Origin: Allosphingosinicella sp.
GTDB lineage: Bacteria > Pseudomonadota > Alphaproteobacteria > Sphingomonadales > Sphingomonadaceae
Assembly: GCA_036402575.1 (NCBI GenBank)
Contig: DASWSP010000084.1
Location: 9,924 to 73,923, forward strand
Direction of reading: 5' to 3'
DNA length: 64,000 nt
How positions within the stretch are numbered: position 1 is the first letter of the stretch; every line of letters starts with the position of its first letter. Below, piece by piece: positions 21,157 through 29,258 of this stretch. The position numbers and the translations under genes were made by a program. The notes under the pieces are model-generated. The model was given only the letters and a program-made list of their open reading frames with translations. It had not been told where the DNA came from and did not search any database.

Positions 21157-22158
21157 TCAGCCCAGCCGAACGACGAGCTTGCCGAGCCCCTCGCCGGTGA
21201 ACAAGGCGGAGAAGGCATCGAGGGCGCGGTCGATCCCTTCGTAGACGGTGTCGGCCTGGCTCAGCGTGCCCGCCCGGTGCCACTCGGTGACATCGGCCAG
21301 GAACCGGGGCTGGTGATGGAGGTGGTTGAGGACGATGAAGCCTTCGAGCCGCAGCTCCTTGACCACGGCCTGGGTGAGGTTGCGCGGCGCCGCCGGCGGC
21401 TCGGTGCTGTTATAGGCCGAGATCATCCCGCACAAAGCGAAGCGGGCGCGGCGGTTGGCGATGGCGAGCGCGGCCTGGAGATGGTCGCCGCCGACATTGT
21501 CGAAATAGACGTCGATCCCCTCGGGCGCGGCCCGCGCCAGCGCCTTGGTGAGGCTGGGCTCGGCCTTGTAGTCGATTACCTCGTCCACCCCGAGCCGCTC
21601 CTTGAGGAAGGCGGTCTTGTGCGCTCCGCCGGCGGCGCCGATCACCTTGTGCCCCTTGAGCTTCGCGATCTGGCAGACGATCGAGCCGACCCCGCCCGAA
21701 GCCGCCGAGACGAACACGACGTCGCCGGGCTTCAGCGCGGCGACGTGGAGCAGGCCGACATAAGCGGTGAGCCCGGTCATTCCGGCGAAGCCCAGATAGG
21801 CCTGCGGCGGAAGCGTCCGTTCCTTCTTCTCGAGCGCGGCGGCGGGCGCGTTGAACGCCTCGCGCCAGCCGAGCCGCGACCAGACCAGATCGCCCGGCGC
21901 GAAGCCGGGATCGTTCGAGGCGACCACCTCGCCGACCGCAGGCCCTTCCATCGCCTTGCCGAGCTCGAACGGCGGCACGTAGCTGCGCGCCTCGCTCATC
22001 CGGCCGCGCATCGCCGGGTCGACCGTCATCCACAGGTTGCGGACCTGGACCTCGCCCGGCCCCGGCTCCGGCAGATCGACCGTCGCGGCGCTGAAATCCC
22101 CGGCGACGGGCGCTCCGACCGGGCGGCGCTCGAGCCGGATTTCGCGTGAGACCACCAT
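21157..22158 (-). CDS. NADP-dependent MDR oxidoreductase (alkenal/enone reductase-like)
   Basis: Internal start MVVSREI at 22158. Rossmann motif AASGGVGSIVCQIAKLKG. Resembles YncB/PTGR1-type double-bond reductases. Confidence 0.8.
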   Translation of the reverse strand: MVVSREIRLERRPVGAPVAGDFSAATVDLPEPGPGEVQVRNLWMTVDPAMRGRMSEARSYVPPFELGKAMEGPAVGEVVASNDPGFAPGDLVWSRLGWREAFNAPAAALEKKERTLPPQAYLGFAGMTGLTAYVGLLHVAALKPGDVVFVSAASGGVGSIVCQIAKLKGHKVIGAAGGAHKTAFLKERLGVDEVIDYKAEPSLTKALARAAPEGIDVYFDNVGGDHLQAALAIANRRARFALCGMISAYNSTEPPAAPRNLTQAVVKELRLEGFIVLNHLHHQPRFLADVTEWHRAGTLSQADTVYEGIDRALDAFSALFTGEGLGKLVVRLG

Positions 22159-22159
22159 C

Positions 22160-23284
22160 TCAGTAACCGGCGAGCCGGCCGTAGCGCTCGCGATGGAAGG
22201 CGCTGTTGCCCCACGTCGCGTCCGCCGCCGCCGCGCGCTTGAGGTAGAGGCCGGCGTCATGCTCCTCGGTCATCCCGATACCGCCGTGCAACTGCACCAT
22301 CTCGCCGGCCACCAGCCGCAGCGTATCGCCGGCCAGCGCCTTGGCCAGCGATGCGAGCGCGGGAACGTCCTCCTGATCCTCGTCGATCGCCGCGAGCGCC
22401 GCCTCGACCGCCGAACGAGTCAGCTCAAGTTCGCCGAGCATCTTCACCGCGCGATGCTGAAGCGCCTGGAACGATCCGATCAGCTGGCCGAACTGGACCC
22501 GGGTCTTGAGGTAATCGAGCGTCGTCTCGAACGCCTGCGTGGCGCTGCCCAGCATCTCGGCGGCGAGACCCGCCCGCCCGCGGTCGAGGATGCGTTCCAG
22601 CAGCGCGCCGCCGCGGTCGATCTCGCCGAGCACCGCGTCGCCGTCGACATGCACCTCCGCGAAGAGAAGCGAGGCGGCGTCGCGGCAGTCGACCCGCCGC
22701 AGCGGCGTGCGCGACAGCCCTTGGGCGTCCGCGTCGACGAGGAAAAGGGTGATCCCGCTCCCGTCGGCGACGCGCGCCGCGACGATGAAGAGGTTGGCCG
22801 CGATCCCGTCCAGCACCGGCGCCTTGACGCCTTCGAGCACCCAGCCGTTGCCGTCGGACCGGGCGGCGAAGGCGATGTTGCCCGGATCGTGCCGCCCGCT
22901 TTCATCGACCGCGAGCCCGACGATGGCTTCGCCCGATGCGATCGCCGAAAGCCAGCGCGCCTGCTTCTCCTCGCTTCCCCCGAGCCTCAGCGCGGCGACC
23001 CCGACCAGGGCGCTGCCGAGCAGCGGCGAGGACACCAATGTGCGCCCGAGCTCCTCCAGGATGAGGCCCAGGCTGAAATGACCGAAGTCGGCGCCGCCAT
23101 GGGCTTCCGGGACGACGATCCCCGCCCAGCCCATCTCCACCATCTCGGCATAAAGCTGGGGGTCGTGGCGCAGGCCATTATGTCCCTCCGCCGCCTTTCG
23201 GAAAGCACTGACCGGCGCCCGGTGGCGCGCCCAGTTGGCGGCCATGTCCTTGAGCATGGCCTGCTCTTCGCTCAATACCGCCAT
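22160..23284 (-). CDS. acyl-CoA dehydrogenase family protein (probable subunit of a heteromeric ACAD)
   Basis: 374 aa with an ACAD fold. The C-terminal segment LHGGIGMTEEH lacks the YEG motif. Directly follows another ACAD gene. Confidence 0.8.
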   Translation of the reverse strand: MAVLSEEQAMLKDMAANWARHRAPVSAFRKAAEGHNGLRHDPQLYAEMVEMGWAGIVVPEAHGGADFGHFSLGLILEELGRTLVSSPLLGSALVGVAALRLGGSEEKQARWLSAIASGEAIVGLAVDESGRHDPGNIAFAARSDGNGWVLEGVKAPVLDGIAANLFIVAARVADGSGITLFLVDADAQGLSRTPLRRVDCRDAASLLFAEVHVDGDAVLGEIDRGGALLERILDRGRAGLAAEMLGSATQAFETTLDYLKTRVQFGQLIGSFQALQHRAVKMLGELELTRSAVEAALAAIDEDQEDVPALASLAKALAGDTLRLVAGEMVQLHGGIGMTEEHDAGLYLKRAAAADATWGNSAFHRERYGRLAGY

Positions 23285-23296
23285 CGCCGCACTCCG

Positions 23297-24493
23297 CTAT
23301 CTGGCCGGGGCGGGATCGGGCAGGTTCAGCACCCGTTTCGCCGCGATATTGTTCTGGATCTCGTAGCTGCCGCCGTAGATCGAATAGGCCTTGCTGTGCA
23401 GCCACTGGCGGGTCGCCTCCAGCTCGCCGGCGGCATAACCTTCGCCTTCCCAGCCGAGGCCGCGGTCGCCCAGTATCTCCACCACCAGCTCGTAGCGCGT
23501 CTGTCCGACGTCGGAGCCCAGATTCTTGATCACGGGCACGGTGCCGTCGCCGGCGCCCTGCGCCTTCGCCTCCGCCGCTTTGCGCTGAAGCGTCAGCGTG
23601 TAGGCGCGCGCCCTCATTTCGTGCTGGATCAGCCGGGTCCGCAGGTCGGCGTCGGCGATAAGCCCCCCTTCGTCGACACCGACCTGCGCCCGGGCGATCG
23701 GCAACAGGCTCGGGCCTTCCCCCCGGCCCTCGGAGAGACTGTCGCGCTCGAACTGGAGCAGCCGCTTGGCGACTCCCCAGCCCTCGTTGACCCGGCCGAC
23801 GAGATTCTCCTTCGGCACCTTCACGTCGTTCAGGAACATTTCGCAAAAATGGCTCGACCCGCTGATCAGCACGATCGGGCGGGTGTCGATGCCGGGCGAA
23901 TTCATGTCGATCAGCAGGAAGCTGATGCCGCCCTGCTTGCGCGAGGTGTCGGTGCGGACCAGCGCGAAGCACCATTCGGCATGGTTCGCGCCCGAGGTCC
24001 AGATCTTCTGGCCGGTGACCAGCCAATGATCGCCCATGTCGATGCACTTGGTCTGCAAGGCCGCGAGGTCCGATCCCGCTCCCGGCTCGGAAAAGCCCTG
24101 GCACCATCGCACCTCGCCGCGCGCGATCGGCGGCAGATGCCGGGCCTGCTGCTCGGGCGTGCCATATTCCATCAAGGTGGGTCCGAGCATCGTCAGGCCC
24201 GTCATCCGCATCGGGCTGAACGCGCCGATCCGGGCCATCTCCTCGTTGATGATCTTGACCCCGGCGGCATCGAGACCGGCGCCGCCGAACTCAACCGGCC
24301 AACCCGGCGCGCCCCAGCGCTTCTCGGCCAGGCGCGCGCGCCACAGCCGGAAATCGGGGTCGGCCTCCGCATAAGGCGCGTCGTTCTGGTACGGCACCGG
24401 GTTCTTGAAGGCGAGCGAGCGCGGGAAGTTCTCATCCATCCAGGCGCGGACGTTCGCCCGGAATTCCCCCTCCTGCGCGTCGCCTTCGGCCAT
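23297..24493 (-). CDS. acyl-CoA dehydrogenase family protein (probable subunit of a heteromeric ACAD)
   Basis: Internal start MAEGDAQ at 24493. Motif FSEPGAGSDLA. C-terminal IYGGSYEIQ replaces the YEG motif. Confidence 0.8.
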   Translation of the reverse strand: MAEGDAQEGEFRANVRAWMDENFPRSLAFKNPVPYQNDAPYAEADPDFRLWRARLAEKRWGAPGWPVEFGGAGLDAAGVKIINEEMARIGAFSPMRMTGLTMLGPTLMEYGTPEQQARHLPPIARGEVRWCQGFSEPGAGSDLAALQTKCIDMGDHWLVTGQKIWTSGANHAEWCFALVRTDTSRKQGGISFLLIDMNSPGIDTRPIVLISGSSHFCEMFLNDVKVPKENLVGRVNEGWGVAKRLLQFERDSLSEGRGEGPSLLPIARAQVGVDEGGLIADADLRTRLIQHEMRARAYTLTLQRKAAEAKAQGAGDGTVPVIKNLGSDVGQTRYELVVEILGDRGLGWEGEGYAAGELEATRQWLHSKAYSIYGGSYEIQNNIAAKRVLNLPDPAPAR

Positions 24494-24570
24494 CCTGGAA
24501 TCCCCCGCACCTGGTTTCGGCTCGCCCACGCCTGCCGAAGTGGGCCCCCATTCGTGCTCCGCAGCCGGTG

Positions 24571-24594
24571 AAAACTGCAACGTAGGCTACAATT
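24571..24594. promoter_or_regulatory. regulon operator copy O6
   Basis: AAAACTGCAACGTAGGCTACAATT, ~78 nt upstream of ACAD ATG 24493. A TTGACT hexamer (minus strand, 24613..24618) lies 18 nt upstream in the direction of transcription. Confidence 0.6.
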
Positions 24595-24624
24595 GGTCCC
24601 GGTCGGAGCGAAAGTCAACCGGAC

Positions 24625-24834
24625 TCATTCGTCCAATGCGAAGCCGATCTTGAGCATCACCTGATACCGATCCACCCGGTTGCCGGCGATGTGTCCGCGC
24701 AGCTCGGTGACTTCGAACCACCTGAGATTCCTCACCGTTTCGGCGGTGCGGGCAATCGCTGTCGAGATCGCTTTCTCGATGCTCTCATCCGAGGTTCCGA
24801 CGACCTCCACGACCTTGGCGACATGTTCGGACAT
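24625..24834 (-). CDS. dodecin family flavin-binding protein
   Basis: 69 aa, MSEHVAKVVEVVGTSDESIEKAI...LRWFEV...RGHI...YQVMLKIGF. Closely matches the bacterial dodecin pattern. Strong RBS GAGGAGAGAG. Confidence 0.8.
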   Translation of the reverse strand: MSEHVAKVVEVVGTSDESIEKAISTAIARTAETVRNLRWFEVTELRGHIAGNRVDRYQVMLKIGFALDE

Positions 24835-24870
24835 GGTTCTCTCTCCTCGTTGTGGATGTGGTTTCGCGGC

Positions 24871-25065
24871 TCAGTCGTCCTCGATCACCAGCGCGCGCTC
24901 GGGACATGATTTGGCGCCGCGCCAGGCCGTTCGCTCCTGGCCCTCCGGCACCGCGATGTCGCCCGGAAGGATGAAGCCGTCGTCGTCGAGCCTGAATATC
25001 TCCGGCGACTGGGCGGCGCAGCGGGCATGGCCCTGGCATTTCTCGTTCAGCACTTTGATCCGCAT
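24871..25065 (-). CDS. [3Fe-4S]-type ferredoxin (P450 partner type)
   Basis: 64 aa from internal start MRIKV. Cluster motif CQGHARC...CP (CxxHxxC(x)nCP). Confidence 0.8.
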   Translation of the reverse strand: MRIKVLNEKCQGHARCAAQSPEIFRLDDDGFILPGDIAVPEGQERTAWRGAKSCPERALVIEDD

Positions 25066-25075
25066 CGTCGCCTCC

Positions 25076-26281
25076 TCAGTTCCAGGCGAGTTCGAGATCC
25101 TGGATTCCGAACACATGGCCGCCATGGGTGAGCGGCGCGGTCCCTTCGCTGATCCTGAAGGTCGGTATCCGACGAAGCCATTCCTCGATCGCGATCACGA
25201 GCTCGCGCCGGGCGAGATGCGAGCCCAGGCAACGGTGCGGACCGTAAGCGAAGGCGACATGGCGATTGTCCTCGCGCCTGAGGTCGATGCGGTTGGGATC
25301 GGGAAACTCGTCGGGATCGCGATTGGCGACCATCGATGGACAGGACACCCGGTCCCCCGCCTTGATGAAGATGCCGTTCAATTCCGTATCGCGCGCCGCG
25401 ACTCGAGTCACCAGCACCGTCGAAAAGGCGCGCAGCAGCTCCTCCACCGCCAGCGGAATCCCCGCCGGGTCGGCCCGCAGTTGCGCCTGCGCCTCCTGGT
25501 GCACGGCAAGGTGGCGCAAGTCGAACCCGATCGCGGCCGCCACGGTGTCGAGCCCGGCGATGAACAGGAGCGCGCCCATTCCCACGGCCTCGCGGTCGTC
25601 GAGCTTGCGTCCGTCGACTTCCGCCTGGACGACGAAGGTCATGAAATCCTCGGCGGGCTCGCGGCGCCTGAGCTCGACCAGCTCGCGCATGAAGGCGATG
25701 ACGGTGCGGATCGCCTCGCCGCGCTCTTCCGGCGTGCCGTGCAATTGCTTGTCGGCCCAGCCGAGGAATTCCTGCCGGCGCGATTGCGGCAGGCCCAGGA
25801 ACTGAAGGAACACGCCCACCGCGAACGGAAAGGCGAAGTCCTCCATCACTTCGCACCGGCCCTTGCCTTTCAATCCTTCGATGAGCTCGACCGCACGCTC
25901 GCGATTGGCGGCCTCCATCGCCATCACGCGCTTGGGCGACAGCAACGGGTTGAGCAGCGACCGGTAGGCGCCGTGCGCCGGCGGATCGATCTCGAGCGGG
26001 ATGGTCGGAAGGTCCTCGCCGAGCGCCTTCTCGAACAGCTGCCGGCGGCTCGAGAAGGTGGTCGCGTCCTGAAGCACCCGCCGCTGGTCGGCGGCGCGCA
26101 CGATGACCCAGGTGCCGTGGCCGTCATAGCTGTTTTCCGGCGCGAAGAAGATCGGCGGCCCGTCGTGCAGCGAAGCCAGCGCGCCCTGCGGGTCGCCGCC
26201 GCGCGACGGCGGCATTCCCGGCGCGCTCCAATAGCTGAAATCGCGCACGAGCTCGGGCGGAACATGATCCGGGACCTTCAT
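25076..26281 (-). CDS. cytochrome P450
   Basis: Heme-thiolate loop FAYGPHRCLGSHLA, I-helix AGLDTVA, ExxR (EELLR). 401 aa. Confidence 0.9.
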   Translation of the reverse strand: MKVPDHVPPELVRDFSYWSAPGMPPSRGGDPQGALASLHDGPPIFFAPENSYDGHGTWVIVRAADQRRVLQDATTFSSRRQLFEKALGEDLPTIPLEIDPPAHGAYRSLLNPLLSPKRVMAMEAANRERAVELIEGLKGKGRCEVMEDFAFPFAVGVFLQFLGLPQSRRQEFLGWADKQLHGTPEERGEAIRTVIAFMRELVELRRREPAEDFMTFVVQAEVDGRKLDDREAVGMGALLFIAGLDTVAAAIGFDLRHLAVHQEAQAQLRADPAGIPLAVEELLRAFSTVLVTRVAARDTELNGIFIKAGDRVSCPSMVANRDPDEFPDPNRIDLRREDNRHVAFAYGPHRCLGSHLARRELVIAIEEWLRRIPTFRISEGTAPLTHGGHVFGIQDLELAWN

Positions 26282-26296
26282 TGCTCACTCCCGACC

Positions 26297-26320
26297 AATT
26301 TTGCACTGTGGACTACAATT
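26297..26320. promoter_or_regulatory. regulon operator copy O7
   Basis: AATTTTGCACTGTGGACTACAATT, 16 nt upstream of the P450 ATG. TTGACA (minus strand, 26338..26343) lies 17 nt upstream, so the operator starts at the predicted -10. Confidence 0.65.
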
Positions 26321-26323
26321 AAC

Positions 26324-26893
26324 TCAAGGGCGGAACCTGTCAACTTCGCCGGACGCGGCGGCAAGATCGTCGGGCGTGTCGACGTCCAGGGCAAGGCCAA
26401 ACCGGTCGACCGTCTCATGCGGCGCCCCCGCCGACGCCCGGTGCAAGGCGAAGCTTCCGGGCCCGAAGGCAAAGCGGAACGGCCGGGCGTCGGCAATGGC
26501 GAGCCCGTTGGTGCCGGTGCCGTGGCGATCGGGCGCGATCGCGCAGCCTGACCGCTCCGCGGCCTCGAGCAGGGCCGCGACGTCATCGGCGCCGAGATGC
26601 GGCAGATCGGCGTGCAGGATGGCGACGGGCGCCGCGCCCAGATCCCGGCGCGCCGCCTGAAGCTCCTCGTTGAGCCCTCTGCCTTCGTCCGGCCGCCAGT
26701 CTCCCGCGCAGCCATCCGGCAGGCGGTCGGACAGGATGATCAGCCGGACCCCCGGCACCTGCCCCACCATCCCGGCGACATGCCTGAACCAGCGCTCGCC
26801 GAGCTGCGCCCGCTCCTCATCGGTCAGCACATCCCTGAGGCGGGTCTTGCGCGAGCCTTCCTGCTTCAGCGGAACGATCACGGTCCAGTTCAT
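26324..26893 (-). CDS. cofC: CofC/FbiD-type guanylyltransferase (F420 biosynthesis)
   Basis: 189 aa with VIVPLK N-terminus and DRHGTGTNGL motif. Last gene of the F420 operon. ATGA overlap with cofD. Confidence 0.8.
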   Translation of the reverse strand: MNWTVIVPLKQEGSRKTRLRDVLTDEERAQLGERWFRHVAGMVGQVPGVRLIILSDRLPDGCAGDWRPDEGRGLNEELQAARRDLGAAPVAILHADLPHLGADDVAALLEAAERSGCAIAPDRHGTGTNGLAIADARPFRFAFGPGSFALHRASAGAPHETVDRFGLALDVDTPDDLAAASGEVDRFRP

Positions 26894-27822
26894 CGCAGGC
26901 TGTCGGCGAGCGCGAGCGCGGCGCGCGCCACCCGGACCCGATCGTCGAGGCTCTGCATCAAGGTGTCGGTCCGCCCCGAAGCGATGCCGAGGTCGACCGG
27001 CGGGTCGCGCTCGTCGACCAGCAGCCCGTCGATCGCGTCGCCATAATGGCGTGCGATCGCGGCCGCGTCGGACGGCACGCCGAGCTCCGCCATCAGCTTG
27101 CCGGTCGGACCTTTCACCGCGGTTCCGCCGACCAGCGGCGACACCGCGACGACGGGCGCCGGCGCGTCGCGCAGCGCCTCCCGGATGCCCGGCACCGCCA
27201 GGATGGGATCCACGCTCAGGAAGGGGTTCGACGGCGCGATCAGGATGGCTCGGTTGGCGGGGTTCCCGATCGCTTCGAGCACGCCGGGGGCCGGCGCGGA
27301 CTCCTCCACTCCGGCGAAGCGGATCGACCGCACGGCGGGTTCGCAGCGCAGCCCGACGAAGTAGCGCTGGAAGGACAGCTCGCCCTCTTGCGTGTCCAGC
27401 CGGGTCTCGATCGGCTCGTCACTCATCGGCAGGATGCGCGCCGCGATGCCCCAGGCGCCGGCGAAGTCGGCGGTGATCGCCGACAGGCTATCGCCCTGGC
27501 GGCGGCGCATCGACCGCAGCACATGGAGCGCGAGGTCGCCGTCGCCGAGCAGGAACCAGTCGGGACCGCCGAGCGAACGCAGCGCTTCCATGAAATTCCA
27601 GCTCTCGCCCTCGCGGCCCCATCCCTGCGCGGCGTTGGCCCGGCCGGAGAGCGTGTAGAGCAAGGTGTCGATATCGGGCGACACGTGCAGCCCGAGGTGC
27701 ACGAAATCGTCGCCGGTATTGACGATCGCGGTCACTTCGGAGGCGGGCATGGCGTGGATCAGGCCCAGCACCAGCTTGGCGCCGCCGACCCCGCCGGTGA
27801 GGACCGCAACGGGGCCGGTCAC
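26890..27822 (-). CDS. cofD: 2-phospho-L-lactate (or analogue) transferase CofD/FbiA
   Basis: LTGGVGGAKL P-loop-like motif, NTGDD, and WFLLGDGDLALH. Confidence 0.9.
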   Translation of the reverse strand: MTGPVAVLTGGVGGAKLVLGLIHAMPASEVTAIVNTGDDFVHLGLHVSPDIDTLLYTLSGRANAAQGWGREGESWNFMEALRSLGGPDWFLLGDGDLALHVLRSMRRRQGDSLSAITADFAGAWGIAARILPMSDEPIETRLDTQEGELSFQRYFVGLRCEPAVRSIRFAGVEESAPAPGVLEAIGNPANRAILIAPSNPFLSVDPILAVPGIREALRDAPAPVVAVSPLVGGTAVKGPTGKLMAELGVPSDAAAIARHYGDAIDGLLVDERDPPVDLGIASGRTDTLMQSLDDRVRVARAALALADSLR

Positions 27823-28574
27823 CGGAACAGATCCTCCTCGACCGGCCGCACCAGCGCCGAGGCGGGAGCGTCCGGCGCGCTCCAGTCAAGCCCGCGCACC
27901 AGGGCCGCAGGCACGCCCTCGGCCCCCTCGCCCGTGGCAAGGCCCGCCGCGCTGGCCACCATGTCGGCGAAGGCGACCTGCGTCACTTCGAGCAGCCGCC
28001 CGTCGCGGTCCCGCTCGCCGCGCCGATCGATCAGCGCGGGCAGCCCGCTCGCGCCGATCGCGACGTTGACCACCCCCATCCGCCACGGCCGCCCGAAGCT
28101 GTCGGAGATCACGATCGCGGGCGGCGCCGGCCATCGCCGGGCCAGGCCGGCGCGCAGCCGCTCCGCCGACGCGTCCGAATCCTCCGGCAAGAGCAGCGCC
28201 CGATCGCCCTCGCCCGAGCCGAGGTTCGAACGGTCGATGCCGGCATTGGCCATGACATGGCCGGTGCGATGGCGGGTGATGAGCAAATTGGGGGCGGTCC
28301 TCACCACCGCCGCCGATTCGTCCAGCACCAGCTCGACGAGCCGCGCGTCCTTGCCGGTCGCATCGGCGATCCGCTCCGCTTCCGCACCCGGCCGGACGGC
28401 GGCGAGGCTGACGAAACGCCCCTCCGCCTTCGACACTATCTTCTGAGTCACGACGAGCACGTCCCGTGCCATGGGCACCACACCCGCGGCAGCAACCGCG
28501 TCGGCGAGGATCGCGGCAAGATCGTCCCCCGGCAAAACCTCGGGAATGCCGGTCAGCGCGACGATCTCGATCAT
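27819..28574 (-). CDS. cofE: F420-0:gamma-glutamyl ligase CofE (single-domain)
   Basis: VVVTQKIVSKAEGR, ANAGID and SDSFGRPWR motifs. Only 251 aa, so there is no C-terminal nitroreductase-like domain. Confidence 0.85.
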   Translation of the reverse strand: MIEIVALTGIPEVLPGDDLAAILADAVAAAGVVPMARDVLVVTQKIVSKAEGRFVSLAAVRPGAEAERIADATGKDARLVELVLDESAAVVRTAPNLLITRHRTGHVMANAGIDRSNLGSGEGDRALLLPEDSDASAERLRAGLARRWPAPPAIVISDSFGRPWRMGVVNVAIGASGLPALIDRRGERDRDGRLLEVTQVAFADMVASAAGLATGEGAEGVPAALVRGLDWSAPDAPASALVRPVEEDLFR

Positions 28575-28583
28575 GAATCGGCC

Positions 28584-29258
28584 TCAGCTCGAAGGTGGGA
28601 TCAACTCGCCTGTGATCCGAATGCCCGCGCCGTCAACCTGATAGGTCTTGTTGAGGAAGATGAGGATCGAGGTCATCGCCTCCGCGGCCGCCGAATTGAC
28701 GAGCGCACCGCCATGCAGCCCGCGCAGCCCCGCCGCGTTCGCAATCTCCACCACCGCCTCCCGCGCCGCCTTGTCGTCGCCGAAGACGAGGACGTCGCAA
28801 CCGATGTCGGCATCGGTGATCAGCTTGTGCGCGGCGACATTGTGGAACCCGGAGACCACCGTCACGCCTTCCCCCAGGATCTGCTGGGCGCGCGCCGCGG
28901 CGCTTCCTTCGGCGGGGAGCTGCACCCGCATCACCTTGGGCGGCATGAGCGGCACGGTCGTGTCGACGACGATCTTGCCCGCGACATGCGGCGCGATCTC
29001 CCGAAGCGTCGCGTCCTGCGCCGCGAAGGGCACCGTGACGATGACGATGTCGGCGGCTTGCGCCGCATCGGCATTCGCCATGCCGCTCAGGCCGAAGCCG
29101 AGCTCGCGCGCAGCCGCCTCGGCGCTCTCGGCGGAGCGCGATCCGATCACCACCTTGCGCCCGGCCTTGGCCAGGCGCCGCGCGATCGCCGCCCCCAGCT
29201 TGCCGGTGCCGCCGATCACGCCGATCGTGGCGTCAGGCCGCCTGGACGCTTCGCTCAT
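28584..29258 (-). CDS. fno: NADPH-dependent F420 reductase (F420H2:NADP+ oxidoreductase)
   Basis: IGVIGGTGKLGAAIARRLAKAG Rossmann motif. 224 aa. AGGAGA RBS. The start overlaps the fbiC 3' end by 26 nt. Confidence 0.85.
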   Translation of the reverse strand: MSEASRRPDATIGVIGGTGKLGAAIARRLAKAGRKVVIGSRSAESAEAAARELGFGLSGMANADAAQAADIVIVTVPFAAQDATLREIAPHVAGKIVVDTTVPLMPPKVMRVQLPAEGSAAARAQQILGEGVTVVSGFHNVAAHKLITDADIGCDVLVFGDDKAAREAVVEIANAAGLRGLHGGALVNSAAAEAMTSILIFLNKTYQVDGAGIRITGELIPPSS

